Shown in pieces: positions 51,866 to 64,000 of a stretch of DNA of 64,000 nt (positions are counted from its first letter, which is position 1; every line of letters starts with the position of its first letter). Location: the NCBI GenBank assembly GCA_951406725.2, contig OX597827.1:55676001-55740000 (forward strand), read 5' to 3'. The translations under genes and the position numbers were made by a program. The notes beneath the pieces are model-generated. The model saw nothing but the letters and a program-made list of their open reading frames with translations. It was not told the DNA's origin and ran no database searches. The stretch is from Octopus vulgaris. Lineage: Eukaryota.

Positions 51866-51915
51866 CTGATCTCAAGTAATAATTCTAAAAGGTGCCCCAC
51901 ACTGAAACCATAACC
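51866..51915 (-). CDS. EXOC6: EXOC6 exon (GYGFSVGHLLELLLEI)
   Basis: 50 bp, ttcag/gttagt. Confidence 0.94.
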
Positions 51916-53993
51916 CTGAAGATATGAAGATATAATCAGAATATTATTAGAAGAACTCATTTAAACTATCATCATCATCATCATCATCACAACAATCATA
52001 CATATATCATCATAACAACTATTTCACTTACTATTCTTTTAAAACTCACTCTTTTTCCTGGTTGTCTCAAAAATTACAAAATAACAAAAAGGTTTACTAC
52101 ATCAGATCTATCCATACATCCCAGGAAAAAGACAAATTGACATCAATTTCGAATTGGTACCAACAAAACTATCATTACGCTAATTAATTCCCCTGAATAG
52201 CATAAATTGCAGTTTTTTTTTTTGTCGTTGGTCAGAAAATGTTATTTTCTATTTCCTTCTACCTACAAATCAAAAGAAATTACTACTATTCCGTTCGAAC
52301 TTTGCTTTTGTCACCTGGACATCAATGTTTTGAAACTGACCAATTTTCCATTACATTTCAGACAGATTCAGTGCTGAGTTGCTGAAGCAGAAATATCGTT
52401 ATAGCAAATATTCTGCTCAATATGACAGATTTGCTTCTCAGTTGCTTGACCTTAACCATTTTAGCATGTCCCTTAATGGTTGACAATATGTGCATCTTTA
52501 ATCATGAGGAGTAGTGGGGTGCAGCCTCATAGTCATGAATTCAGAAGGATTCTTTGGGGTTTGAATAGATGTAAGAAAAGCAAAGTTTGAAGGAAATGTT
52601 AACCATTTTTCATACTTTCTAGTGGTATGCAAATAGGAAATAACAGTTGCTACCCAAGGATAAAAATTGTGCTACAGTTTGTCTTATCCAGTTTGAGGTA
52701 CTTCAAACTGGATAAGACAACATTGCACTGTATACAAAATAATGTTTGTATAAAAAAGAATATTGTTACAATTCTAGAAACAGTATAACACATACAGTGT
52801 ATCTACGCATAGTCAATTCACATAAATGAGATAAAAATCTCCCAGTGGAGAAGCTCATTGAAGTCAATGTCAAAATCAATATTATCAATACTCGAACACT
52901 TATCTTTCTGTATTGGCTTTTAAGAGTCATATTGCCTTGTTACCTCGTCAATAAGGCTCAATCTTCTAAAAACCTGCAGTTTCATTCATTATCTCATCAA
53001 CAAGGTGCATCCTTCTAAAGTTGGATATGGATATACATACCCACATTCCAAATCATTTTTAGCTGATCTTTAGTTTGAGCAAGCCCTACAACCATTTTAA
53101 TACCAAGTTTAATCCAACATTAACCTTTTTGTTACCATATTTCTGTTGAAATACACACTATAATTCAATAATTTTGAAAATAATGAAGAATTTAGTAAAA
53201 TAACTGCCATTATTAAGTTGATGTTTGGAACATAAATAAATGTGAAATTTTGATGGATGATCTTAGTTCAGATCACTTTAAAACAGTAGATTTGTATCAT
53301 AGAACTGGTAGGGTTGGGAAAGTTTTGCATTTGTTGCTAACAAAAGTGTTAATCATCGATTCATCATCATCATCATTTAACGTTCGCTTTCCATGCTAGC
53401 ATGGGCTGGACGATTTGACTGAGGGCTGGCGAGCCAGATGGCTGCACCAGGCTTCAATCTTGATCTGGCAGAGTTTCTACAGCTGGATGCCCTTCTTAAC
53501 ATTAATCACTCCGAGAGTGTAGTGAGTGCTCTTACATGCCACCAGCACAAGGGCCAGTCAGGCAGCACTGGCAATGACCTCGCCCGAATCTTTTACACAT
53601 GTCACTGGCGCAGGTGCCAGTAAGGCGATGCTGGTAACGAACCCGCTCGAATGGCATTTTTTACGTACCACTGGCACGGAAGCCAGATAGCCGCTCTGGC
53701 AACGATCACGCTCGTATGGTGCTCTGAATACCATACTAGCACGGGGCTCGAGTGCCAGTAGTGCGACGCTGGTAATGATCATGCTTGAATGGTGCCTTTT
53801 AAGTGCCACTGGCATGGAAGCCGGTTAGCCGCTCTGTCAATGATCACACATATTATATTATTTTACATGCTTAAAATATTATATTTGACAATCTCGTATT
53901 TGTACTTTTGGCTTTGATGCCCAGTCACTACTACAGTTAACTTTCAGTCAATTTGTCTGAGGGCCATAATAGAACTGAAAGAAGTTTACTCAC

Positions 53994-54065
53994 CCGCAGT
54001 GTATGGCAGAACAAAAGAATAAGGTTTTTAATTTCCAACATGATATTCTCAGAATTGCAATATCC
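53994..54065 (-). CDS. EXOC6: EXOC6 exon (GYCNSENIMLEIKNLILLFCHTLR)
   Basis: 72 bp, ttcag/gtgagt. Confidence 0.95.
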
Positions 54066-55417
54066 CTGAAATACAAAAAGACAGCTGAGTTTGGGTGGTG
54101 AAATTTTGATAAAATTTTTTATAAAGAGACACAAAAACTGAGAAATGAAGTTTCTGATAACAAAAAGGATTTTGTAGCTCAAAATAAAGATTTTAGATTC
54201 TATATAAATGCCATCAAATATAATATTTAGTGTAAAAGGCTTGTTTCCTTAATAAATAAATGCGATCACATATACAAGACAATAAGGATTTTTTATATCT
54301 GTGGTTCTTAATCTGTGTGGTAGTGGCCCTTTGGGGGCATTGTGTGTTCAGAAAAGGGACAGTAAATGTTGAAGTGTGCAATGGGGGTGGAGGCAGTGCG
54401 TATTTAGAGGGATTACGATTTTCCTTATAAATACAATATTTAAAGCAATATTTCAAACATTTTTTTTACAATAATATTTTTCAAGATTAAAATATGAACA
54501 GGAAGAACATTGCATTATTATTGAGCAGAGACATGGTTGATGATGCACTAAGATCCAGTATAATTTTCTTATTTAAGCTTCCATTTTTAGTCATTTCCAT
54601 AGGGGCCACCAGTCGACACAAACATCTAGAAATGAGGCACATGCTTGACAGGATACTATAATATGAATAAATATATCATTGCTTAAACCATTAATGTTCA
54701 GATTATTCTGTCAAATGTAATGCTTATTTGCTCAAAGTGGTTTGAATTAATCATGCTTTATCTCGTTGCTTCTAGATTCCAATGAGGTGATAGTATATTT
54801 TTATATGGCTAATTTAAATGCCAAAGGGTGAAAACTGGCTTCAGTTTGATTAAAATGATCTACTGCTTTTTATTTTTAATTTTTTGTTACAACATGGGTA
54901 GGGAGTTGTTTGCAAAATCCTACTCTTTAAAAGGGGGCACTGAGTTACAAAAGGTTGAAAACATATGGTCACTCAATCTGCTAGAAATAGCTGCCACATT
55001 TTTTCTAAATCATATCCCATCAACTTGAAGAAGGATAAATTGAACAATATAGGTATACATATATATATGTTACATAGGAAGTTATGAAGATAAACACAAG
55101 CTTCATACAAATATATTTATATGGAGCACAAAGAAATTGAGAATAAAAGTACTGAATAAGATAAGCTTATCTTAATCTGTACTTTTATTCTCTATTTTTT
55201 TTTGCACTTCATGTAAATGTATAATTTTGTCAAGTATAACTGTATTTATCTCTATTACTTCCATCATATCAGCTCAATTTGGATTTCTTCTACACCCATT
55301 CCTGATGGTATGGGCCTTGCCTGGACCAAATATTTAAAGTTTAAATCCTCTTGAGTACTATGATGAGTTTTCTATACTGAGCATACCCAGCTCTCACACC
55401 AACTCTCTCTCTCTCTA

Positions 55418-55455
<38 letters not shown>

Positions 55456-55505
55456 CACACACATATATATATCTGTAAATGTAATATGTGACAATTATTC
55501 GGTAG

Positions 55506-55573
55506 CCATGATAAAACTCCAAGTTTCGAATGCCAAGGTGGAAATCCACGCCACCATCTCTTCAGTTATCTGG
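55506..55573 (-). ncRNA. Type-I hammerhead ribozyme overlapping a 56-bp-arm hairpin (55473-55643)
   Basis: CCAGAUAA-CUGAAGA-GAUG...CAUUC-GAAA-CUUGGAG-UU-UUAUC(A)UGG. Confidence 0.78.
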
Positions 55574-56283
55574 CCATCGGAAAAATACGAAACTCGGAGT
55601 TTTATCATGGCTACCGAATAATTGTCACATATTACATTTACAGTTAAATTCCTCTATTTACATAATATCGAGGTCTCTTTCATTCTTTTGTTGTCTTACC
55701 ATTTTAATCAATATATATATATATATATATATGGTTGAAATGTACAAAAAACAAAAGGTAGAAAGAGATGAGGGAACAACAAGCAAGGTGTATTAATTTG
55801 ATGCTGGGGAAAAATGTAAAAGTCTTTGACATTTCCAGCCTGTGCTCTTTGACAGAAAAGAATGAGAAAAAAATGGAGAGAAAGGAAAAAAAATGGAGAG
55901 AGATAAAAAATGTATATATATGTATGTATGCATGCATGTATGTATGTTAAAGACAATGTTTTTTGTATTTGGGATCCCTTTGATCCTAGTTTGTTTGGTC
56001 AGGGATGACTTGGCACTAAACAACAACAATTATCACATATAAATAATATTAACACATTTTATCCTACTTGTAATGTATAATGGTAGCTTCAGTAAAATTC
56101 GTTTTCCTGTTGTTGTTAATATAAAGAAACAAGAAAAAAACTTTTCTGCTTGTATTATGTACAACATTGCAGTTAGTCATAAAACAAAGCAGTAAAATTA
56201 TGCCATATTGATACTTTAAGGAAATATATTTTAAAGTTAAACTGATGTGTGTGTGTGAGAGGGAAGGGCCCTGATAAACTTAC

Positions 56284-56404
56284 ACAATTCCTACGCAATT
56301 CAGCAGCTATTTTTGACACAGCCATTTCCCATAATTCATCCATATAGGCCTGGTTTACAAGACCACTTGTTGTGTTCAGAATGTGATCTTCCACCACAAA
56401 AAAT
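56284..56404 (-). CDS. EXOC6: EXOC6 exon (GFFVVEDHILNTTSGLVNQAYMDELWEMAVSKIAAELRRNC)
   Basis: 121 bp, ttcag/gtaagt; conserved GFFVVEDHIL motif. Confidence 0.97.
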
Positions 56405-56564
56405 CTGAAATGGTATAAAACAAAGAATTATCACTAACACATCAACAATGATTGAGAGAGAGAGAAAACAAAATATGTCATTAAATAAGACAAACATGGA
56501 ACTTAAGAAAAATCGTTTTACAATTAAGCCTCTTGTCTCCTAATAACTAACTTCAGGAACCATT

Positions 56565-56775
56565 GAAGGATCCTCTACATGGGTGCTCAGACTGCTAGAA
56601 ATAGCAGCTAAATCTTTCTTAAATCACACCATACTGTCTTTGAAAAAACTATAGCACTTGGAGGATAATGTGGTTGTAGATGCTTTGTTTGAATAAAAGA
56701 TGGAATGGTCATGGCTGGAATGCTTTTGGTCATAGGTCTGCTTGATCATTGTTGACTCAGAGCTGAAGTACAACT
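56565..56775 (+). repeat. Old dispersed repeat family E (CTGCTAGAAATAGCAGCCAAATC...GGTCATGGCTGGAATG); about a dozen diverged copies in the window
   Basis: Recurs at ~6615, 13020, 15270, 31225, 31975, 54960, 57500, 61100, 61700 and 62890. Confidence 0.7.
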
Positions 56776-57036
56776 ATTAAACTCCAATCATGGAACATCT
56801 CTGATCGTGGATTTGCTTAGTCAGGTCTGGACTGGGGTTCAAAAACAACCATAACTGGTACTTTATCAATTTCTCAGTGATGTAAAGCAAAACTAACTTT
56901 GAAGTCAAAACTAAATATTCTAAGTCATACATTCATAGCCTACAAAGTGTAAGACTTGTTAGAGAAGAGCTGTGACTGTGTTACATTCATGCTTTTATAT
57001 TACAGAAGGTATCAGAATACTTAAACTTTGACTTAC

Positions 57037-57083
57037 CCAACAACATCATGAAAATACAATTTATAGGAATCTAAACTTTCATA
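57037..57083 (-). CDS. EXOC6: EXOC6 exon (YESLDSYKLYFHDVV-G)
   Basis: 47 bp, ttcag/gtaagt, phase consistent. Confidence 0.93.
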
Positions 57084-58241
57084 CTGAAATGAAAAGAAAA
57101 CATGAAATTTAAAGGATACGTAAGAAATATTACTTTTATAACAGTGCTCTGTTTCTAATGTTTCTAAAACATTAACATTCCAGAGAAATGTTTTATTGAT
57201 CACTCAATGTAATTTAAATACCTTAATAATCATTCCATTTTGACGTCTACTTTTCCATACTTATATCATGAAGGTTAAATAGAACATATAATAGAGTTAG
57301 AGTTAGCTGAATCAACAGGGACTATTCAAGGGCCATAGTTCATACAGTACTACCAGTGGCATAGCTAGAGTATGTCTCCCATTCAACCCCAACAAACAGC
57401 CTATGCTGGTTTATATAGCAAGCTCCAAACTGCTGCCTTCATATGCAGCTATGCTATCACTGTTGTGATAACTCTAAGACAAAGTGAGAGACCACTAAGT
57501 GGACCTTCTAGAAATAGCAGCCAACTCTCACCCCCCAAATCACAACCTACTATCTTAAACAGGAAGAACACTGGATAATGCAGCATGAAATGTACTATGG
57601 CAGGTAATAATAAAATGAGATAATAACAGCTGGATGGCTGTTAACCATAGGAGTTTGATAAGGGTTGATCTGAAGCTAAACAACAATAACTCATTTAATA
57701 GCCTAGTTTATCAACAGATATTGATGATGCAACTTAAAATAAGGTCATAAGCATGGTTTCATGCCATTCAGCGTATTATATAACAATTCAATGTTTCATT
57801 AATTTTTAGTACTGAGGTCACTTTAAGCTTGTAGATGGCAATGGCCATGCGGTTAAGAAGTTTGGGTTTCAAGTTTGGTCCCACACCATGGCATCTTAGG
57901 CAAGTGTCTTCATCTACAGATTCTACTGAACACTGCCTTAAGAGCAAAACCCAAAGACAGTAACAGTGTGGAAGCCTGAAATGTACATATGTATATTTGA
58001 ATGTATGTATGTGCACGTTTGGATTATTTACACATGTCTCTCCATTTCTGTTTTGATGTTAACACTGCTTGAGAACCAGTGTTCAGCATTCATATTCGTT
58101 AACTTAGCAGTTTGATAAATAGAGATCATCATCAAGTACTAGATTTAAAAGTAAGAATTAAGGGCCAATATGATCAACTTTAAACCCTTCAAGGCAGTGC
58201 CCCAGCATGGATGCAGTCCAACAATTTAAACATGAAATTAA

Positions 58242-58282
<41 letters not shown>

Positions 58283-58960
58283 TGAAATTATTGTATACAG
58301 TGCTCAGGTGCACCACAACTCGTCAGAAAGTGAGTATAAAGTATATGCAGTAATGTACAAATGTCTGGAAAGTGAACAATGTATGAGTCAGATACATGCT
58401 TGTGTGTATAGAGGGGAGAAAATCAGGTGTAGTGTTGGCGAATCTCAGAATGAAATTAACAAAACACTCCTAAGATATATTATGCAAGCTCTATGAGCTG
58501 GTATTTTTACACTCACAACCACTAAACCATTTTGAAAAATGTAGATATTAAAGACACTAAACTTCTGTGGACAAGCGACTATTAACAAGAGGTTCTGGAA
58601 TCATTGTTTTCATTTATAGTTTTGTCTATTTTTATATCCTTTCAATGACCCATGTTAGCAAGGGTCAGATAGCATTGTGAATTTTAAATAGTTGCATAAA
58701 CTATTGCAATAAGCTGCCATAAATCATCATTATTCTCTTAATGCTAGTTTTAGACTGGATTAGAAATGTGTACTGTAGCACGTATAGCCACTCCCGTTGA
58801 TGTACCTGTGAGGATCAATGTCCTGAATTCTGATTTCATCTATGCCATCTTTAGTGAATTGGTTTCCTAAAAAGGTTAAATAATATTAATAAGCTTTGAA
58901 TTAAGGTGCCACAGTATGAAGATGATGTGTATGCAAATAAGAATAAAATAAAAATATGTA

Positions 58961-59010
<50 letters not shown>

Positions 59011-59031
59011 AATATATGAAGCAAGACATAC

Positions 59032-59115
59032 CATGTTTTGCGAAGGTTTTAAGGATAAACGCGCTTGTTTTCGCCTCTGTTTCCGGTAGTATGTTTCAAA
59101 AGTTTCCCGTGCACC
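59032..59115 (-). CDS. EXOC6: EXOC6 exon (GARETFETYYRKQRRKQARLSLKPSQNM)
   Basis: 84 bp, ctag/gtatgt; conserved YYRKQRRKQARL motif. Confidence 0.97.
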
Positions 59116-60505
59116 CTAGACGGAATAAGAGAAAAGTGAAATTAAAAGGAACCAGTGGTTTATTTCAGTTTGTTTACTACTTCAGCTTAACAGCTGAGAT
59201 AAATAACAATGATAAATAAGGTGCATGATATTGCTAGAATGATACTCTTTTACTTGTTTCAGTCATACTATACAAGAATGGAAATAAAATACAATAAAAT
59301 AAAACCTATGAGTTAGAGTGATAAGAAACCAAAGATTTGGAACAATAATGCCTTTACTGAGGACACAAATGAAACCATCATAAGTGAGAGCTGATATGGA
59401 GCTGTATTAAGTGCTCACCACAAATAACAAAACCTTACACAAAGAAAGTGTGAGCAATGTAAAAAAACTAATATTTAGGAGGTTGAAGGTGGTGAGCTAG
59501 CAGAATCATTAGCACACCAGGTGAAAATATTTGGCGGAATTTTGTCTGTCTTTACATTCTGAGTTCAAATTCTGCCAATGTTGATTTTTAAGGTGACGAG
59601 CTGGCAGAATCACTAGCATGCCAAGCAAAATTCTGAGTGGAATTGCATTTGTCTTTACATTCTGAGTTCAAATTCCACTGAGGTCGACTTTGCTTTTCAT
59701 CCTTTTGGGCTCGATAAAAAGAGTGCCAATTGAACGCTGGAGTTGTTGTAATTGACATACCTGCTCCCTTGAAGTTGCTGGCCTTGTACCAAAATTTGAA
59801 ATCATTATTCGTATTATTAAGGTAGCAAGGTGGACAAAGTGTTTAGTGGTATTTTGTACATCTTCATGTTTTGAGTTGGGGTTGACTTTGCCTTTCATCC
59901 TTTTAGGGTTGACAAAATAGGTACCAGTCAAGTACTAAGGTTGATGTAATCAACTTCTCCCACCCAACAAAGACTTCTAACCTTGTGTCAAAATTTGAAA
60001 CAGTTCTTATTATTAATATTATAAGCACATTAGGGTAGTGGGTTGGCAGAATCAGTAGAGGTGGGTAAAACTATCATCATCACTGAATGTTTGCTTTTAA
60101 TATGCTTGCATGGGTTGGACTGGCCTTCTTTAGCAAAGCATCCCACTGCTTGTTGCAGTCCCTTATCAACATGTTCATTGAAGTCCAACCTCCTGAGATC
60201 TTTCATTACATCTTCTCATGTCTTCTTTTTCTGAGTATAATATGAAATCAAATACACAATATACCTTTGCTTTACATTCCCTTGCTTAAATAAAATACCA
60301 GTCAAATATTGGGGATGACATAAATGACTATCTACCCATCCCGGAAAAAATGGTTGGCCTTGTGTGTATTTAAAAAAATTATAGTTTTATTCATGCCATT
60401 GCCTATGTTACATTCCTAGTAAAAACATTTGATTCTTTCCAAGTTTACCCAGCCAAAGTGTTAAGAATCAAACACAAAAACCAGTATTTTTTCGATAATA
60501 CTTAC

Positions 60506-60574
60506 CAAAACTGAATATATATGAAGGCATCTGTAAACTGGTGAGAAGTCAATTAGGTCCTGAGCACTAAGTTC
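60506..60574 (-). CDS. EXOC6: EXOC6 exon (ELSAQDLIDFSPVYRCLHIYSVL)
   Basis: 69 bp, ttcag/gtaagt; conserved DFSPVYRCLHIY motif. Confidence 0.97.
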
Positions 60575-62663
60575 CTGAAAGGGAAAAGGAAATAAAAATG
60601 TACATCATGGTAGAACAGAAGACTATCAATCAGTTGCTGTGCTTTTGAAGTTACAAATAGCTGTAAACAGCATTTGATTTTCTTTGTTTGCCCCCACCCT
60701 CATGTGTAGGATGAAGTTACTTATCCCAGGTCAGCTCTCATAAAGTTGTGACCCCCTTCGGTCATGAATGACCATGGGATTGCACCTAGAAAGTTACCCT
60801 CTGAGGCACAAGTCTGGGCAAGGTTGCTTTATGGAAGACCGGCAGTCGCCCACGCATACCAGCCTCCCCTCTCCATGCCACAGATGTTATCCAAGGGAAA
60901 TGCAAAGGCCGATACAGCTTGGCACCAGTGACATCGCAGCTCATTTATTAATTATTAACGTGCAAGTGGCTGAGCACTCCACAAACATGTGTACCCTTAA
61001 CGTAGTTCTCGGGGAGATTCAGCGTGACACAGAGTGTAACAAGGCTGGCCCTTTGAAATACAGGTACAACAGAAACAAAGCATTCCAGCAGCAATCATCC
61101 TGTCCTTTTGTGTATCTAGGACTACACTGTCCAATGTTTCTTTCTTTTGTCATTTCAGATAGAAGTGTGTAGTTTGAGAGAGATTTTGCTGCTATTTCTA
61201 GTAGGTTGAGTAAGAGTATAGGCACTACCTCACAGGCTCAAAGTTTGGTTGCTATTTATCATAGGTAGATTAGTTAGTGTGGTGGAAATTTCTCAGTGGT
61301 TTATTTTGATTCCTAACTACAAAACATTTCACTTGACTTTCTCTTAAAGGCCAACTTGTTATTGCTGTGTAACCACAGGTCAGTTTTGTAGTTATCAGCC
61401 AAATTTAGGTGCAATCCGGAGGGCCAGATAGAATATGTCCTGATATTTATTCCAACTCTTTACCTTCTATGAATCATTATTGAAGCAGTGGAGGTGCAGA
61501 AATTGCGGAATGATAGGCTAAAAGCCTTGCAATATTTACATCTGTGTATATTTTGAGTTCCAATATTGCTATGGTTAATTTTATCTTCTACACTGCCGAG
61601 ACTAATAAAATAAATACTAAATATTGGGGTCATACTAATCAACTGACAAATCTTGGTCTTAAGCTAACATTGTAAAATATCATTATCATTATTCTCAAGA
61701 GAGGGCATCAAAGTCATCACTCAACCTGCTAGAAACAGCAGTCAAACCTTCCTCAAACCACGCCCTATAGTTATAAACAAGACAGGGCACATTGGATAAT
61801 TGATTTCTTTGAAATATCATGTCTGGAGATGAAAAATTGGATAGGTCATGGCTGGAGTGCTTCTGATCACAGATCTTGGTTAGAGCTGAACTGAGGTTAA
61901 AAAAGGCCAGACTATATACTTTATGGTCTCTAGTCTGGTGCTTTACATTAGTTTGTAAAAATACTGCTTATATTTTGACAGAAAAAGTATCAATACATAC
62001 TCAACAGAATCTGAGAACAATATTTGGTAGAGCTTCAGTATGATACTCAGCAAATTAATAATATAATTATTTAACGTGGATGTTCTATTACAACAAACTA
62101 TTCTATGGTAGATACTATGATAGAAACTCTCATATAGGCTTTTAGTGCAAAATGCACTCTTGTTTATATATCACTAGTGGGGAGATAAATCCCTACGAAC
62201 TCCAGCACCGAGACTACCAGATCACGTAATTTCAACCTTCATTGGTCTTATCAACGATGGACACTCAACCTCTAGAGATAGTATCAACTCATCTCTCCAA
62301 CAGTGATAAATATGAAAAAAAAATGCTAGAACAGGTACTGGTATCGCGATTAGCCAGTGAGCTTGTTAAAAAATATATATTAGCAACGGAGGCAGTATTA
62401 CTATCAGGAGGTAATATTTATTTCCATGTTGGTTTTTTTTGTGCAAAATGCAAAAAAGCCAATGTGAGCGTTTCTCTCATGGTATCTACAATAGTATAGT
62501 AAGTTCTAACACAACATCCATGTTTAAGTAGGAATAAATATTACCTCTACTGAACCAGAGTTACACTCAATCAACTGAACTTCACACACACACAAACACA
62601 CTAAGAAAACTTGTGCTAAGGATAATAATACTGAAATTATATTGAAAATTTCTGTATGCTTAC

Positions 62664-62798
62664 TTCATCTAGTTGTTCCTCCTCAGATTCTTCTTGGACT
62701 TGAGGTATCTCTCCAGTGAATGGATTAGGGGGTGGTGGTGCTCTACGCCGACGTTTCTGTTTCACAATGGAGGGATCAATATTGTTCTGCTCAGCAGC
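62664..62798 (-). CDS. EXOC6: EXOC6 exon (AAEQNNIDPSIVKQKRRRRAPPPPNPFTGEIPQVQEESEEEQLDE); upstream exons lie outside the window
   Basis: 135 bp, phase 0, ttcag/gtaagc; joins in frame to the 60506-60574 exon. Confidence 0.9.
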
Positions 62799-63659
62799 CT
62801 GAAATGACAAATAATATATGTATAAGTATGTACAAATATGTGTGTGTGTGTGTGTATATATATATACACACATATCGTTATCATTATTCTCAAGAGAGGG
62901 CATCAAAGTCATCACTGAACCTGCTAGAAACAGCAGTCAAACATTCCTCAAATCACACCCTATAGTCATAAACAAGACAGGGCAAACTGGATAATTGATT
63001 TCCTTGAAATACTATATCTGGAGATGAAAAGTGGATAGGTCATGGCTGGAGTGCTTCTGATCACAGATCTTTTTGGTTAGAGCTGAACTGAGGTTATCAT
63101 CAGTTAAAATATACTTGGGGCATATTTGAACCCAAGAGAAAGCCATTCACTGTGTTTTGTCACGGAGAAACTTTCTCACTGTAGACAAATGGTGTAAATA
63201 CACCAAAATCAGTTCACAGCACCATACACACGCACAGAGTTTGTTATAGTCATGCATACAAAACATAAGAGCTCAGATAGTATTTACATACATACACCAC
63301 AAACAGGGAAATTAATTTTTAATTTCCTGAAATCTCACCCCTTTGGTTTTTAAGAGTTGTCAACAACTGCAGCTTGGTTTTTGCTTACTTTCTCCAAGCT
63401 TTGAGGCAAATTTTAATTCATTAAGAATTTTTTTGAGATACAGTATACAGCCATATGAGGTACATCATTCAGTTTATATCTGAATTGTGTAGCATACTAG
63501 GATTTAGAGATCATTGCATACCCTGGCCAATAAATGCCCCAAAATAAAAAAAAAAATTAAATCTCAGGGTTATATAGAGTAAGAGAAGAATTTGAATTAT
63601 TAGGTACTTTTAGAGAGAAAACCTGTGTGAGACACAAATGGAATAAACTACTGAAAGTG

Positions 63660-63706
<47 letters not shown>

Positions 63707-63881
63707 GGGTGGCTTATTAACAATTTACCAACCAAAAGGCAAAATTATAGATGTCACTAAAGTGACACAGGGAACTAAGTAGTACCAGCACTGCTAGAAA
63801 TAAGAGTCAAAACAACTCAATAGACACAGATAGCACCATCTTAGTGACTGACAAAGGAGACAAGCTTCCTACAGTGGATAT

Positions 63882-63942
63882 AGCCAGATCACCGGTGATT
63901 TTGAATTTTGATGCTAGAGCATCTGAATACTCATCGGTGGCT
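63882..63942 (-). ncRNA. Degenerate type-I hammerhead motif
   Basis: AGCCA-CCGAUGA-G..GAUGC-UCUA-GCAUC..C-AAAA-UCACCGGUGA-UC-UGGCU; stems present, two core substitutions. Confidence 0.6.
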
Positions 63943-64000
63943 CTTACTGCACCTAGGGTTAAACTCAACTCATACACACACACACACACACACACACATA

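Overview
AT-rich, repeat-dense animal genomic DNA. The SINE and microsatellite landscape suggests an octopus or other coleoid cephalopod (inference, not proven). Two spliced genes lie in tandem on the minus strand. EXOC6/Sec15 (exocyst subunit) has 18 in-frame coding exons from 62798 down to the stop at 33521; its 5' end is beyond the window. DNAL1 (axonemal dynein light chain 1) has a probable ATG-only first exon at 16871 with an adjacent RFX X-box and forkhead motif, then 7 exons down to 136; its 3' end is beyond the window. The non-coding DNA holds several tRNA-derived SINE families, relics of RTE, CR1, RLE-type LINE, Gypsy and mariner elements, a Helitron and several MITEs. The main unexplained signal is a set of at least six loci, from different repeat families, with type-I hammerhead ribozyme motifs (777-820/1133-1178, 7178-7314, 34328-34419, 43956-44049, 55506-55573, 63882-63942). 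Several sit in asymmetric palindromic insertions, some with target-site duplications (TSDs), typical of Penelope-like retroposition. One is fused to a tRNA-derived Pol III head, and several are sense-oriented in EXOC6 or DNAL1 introns. Almost all ORFs in the supplied track are microsatellite or SINE artefacts.
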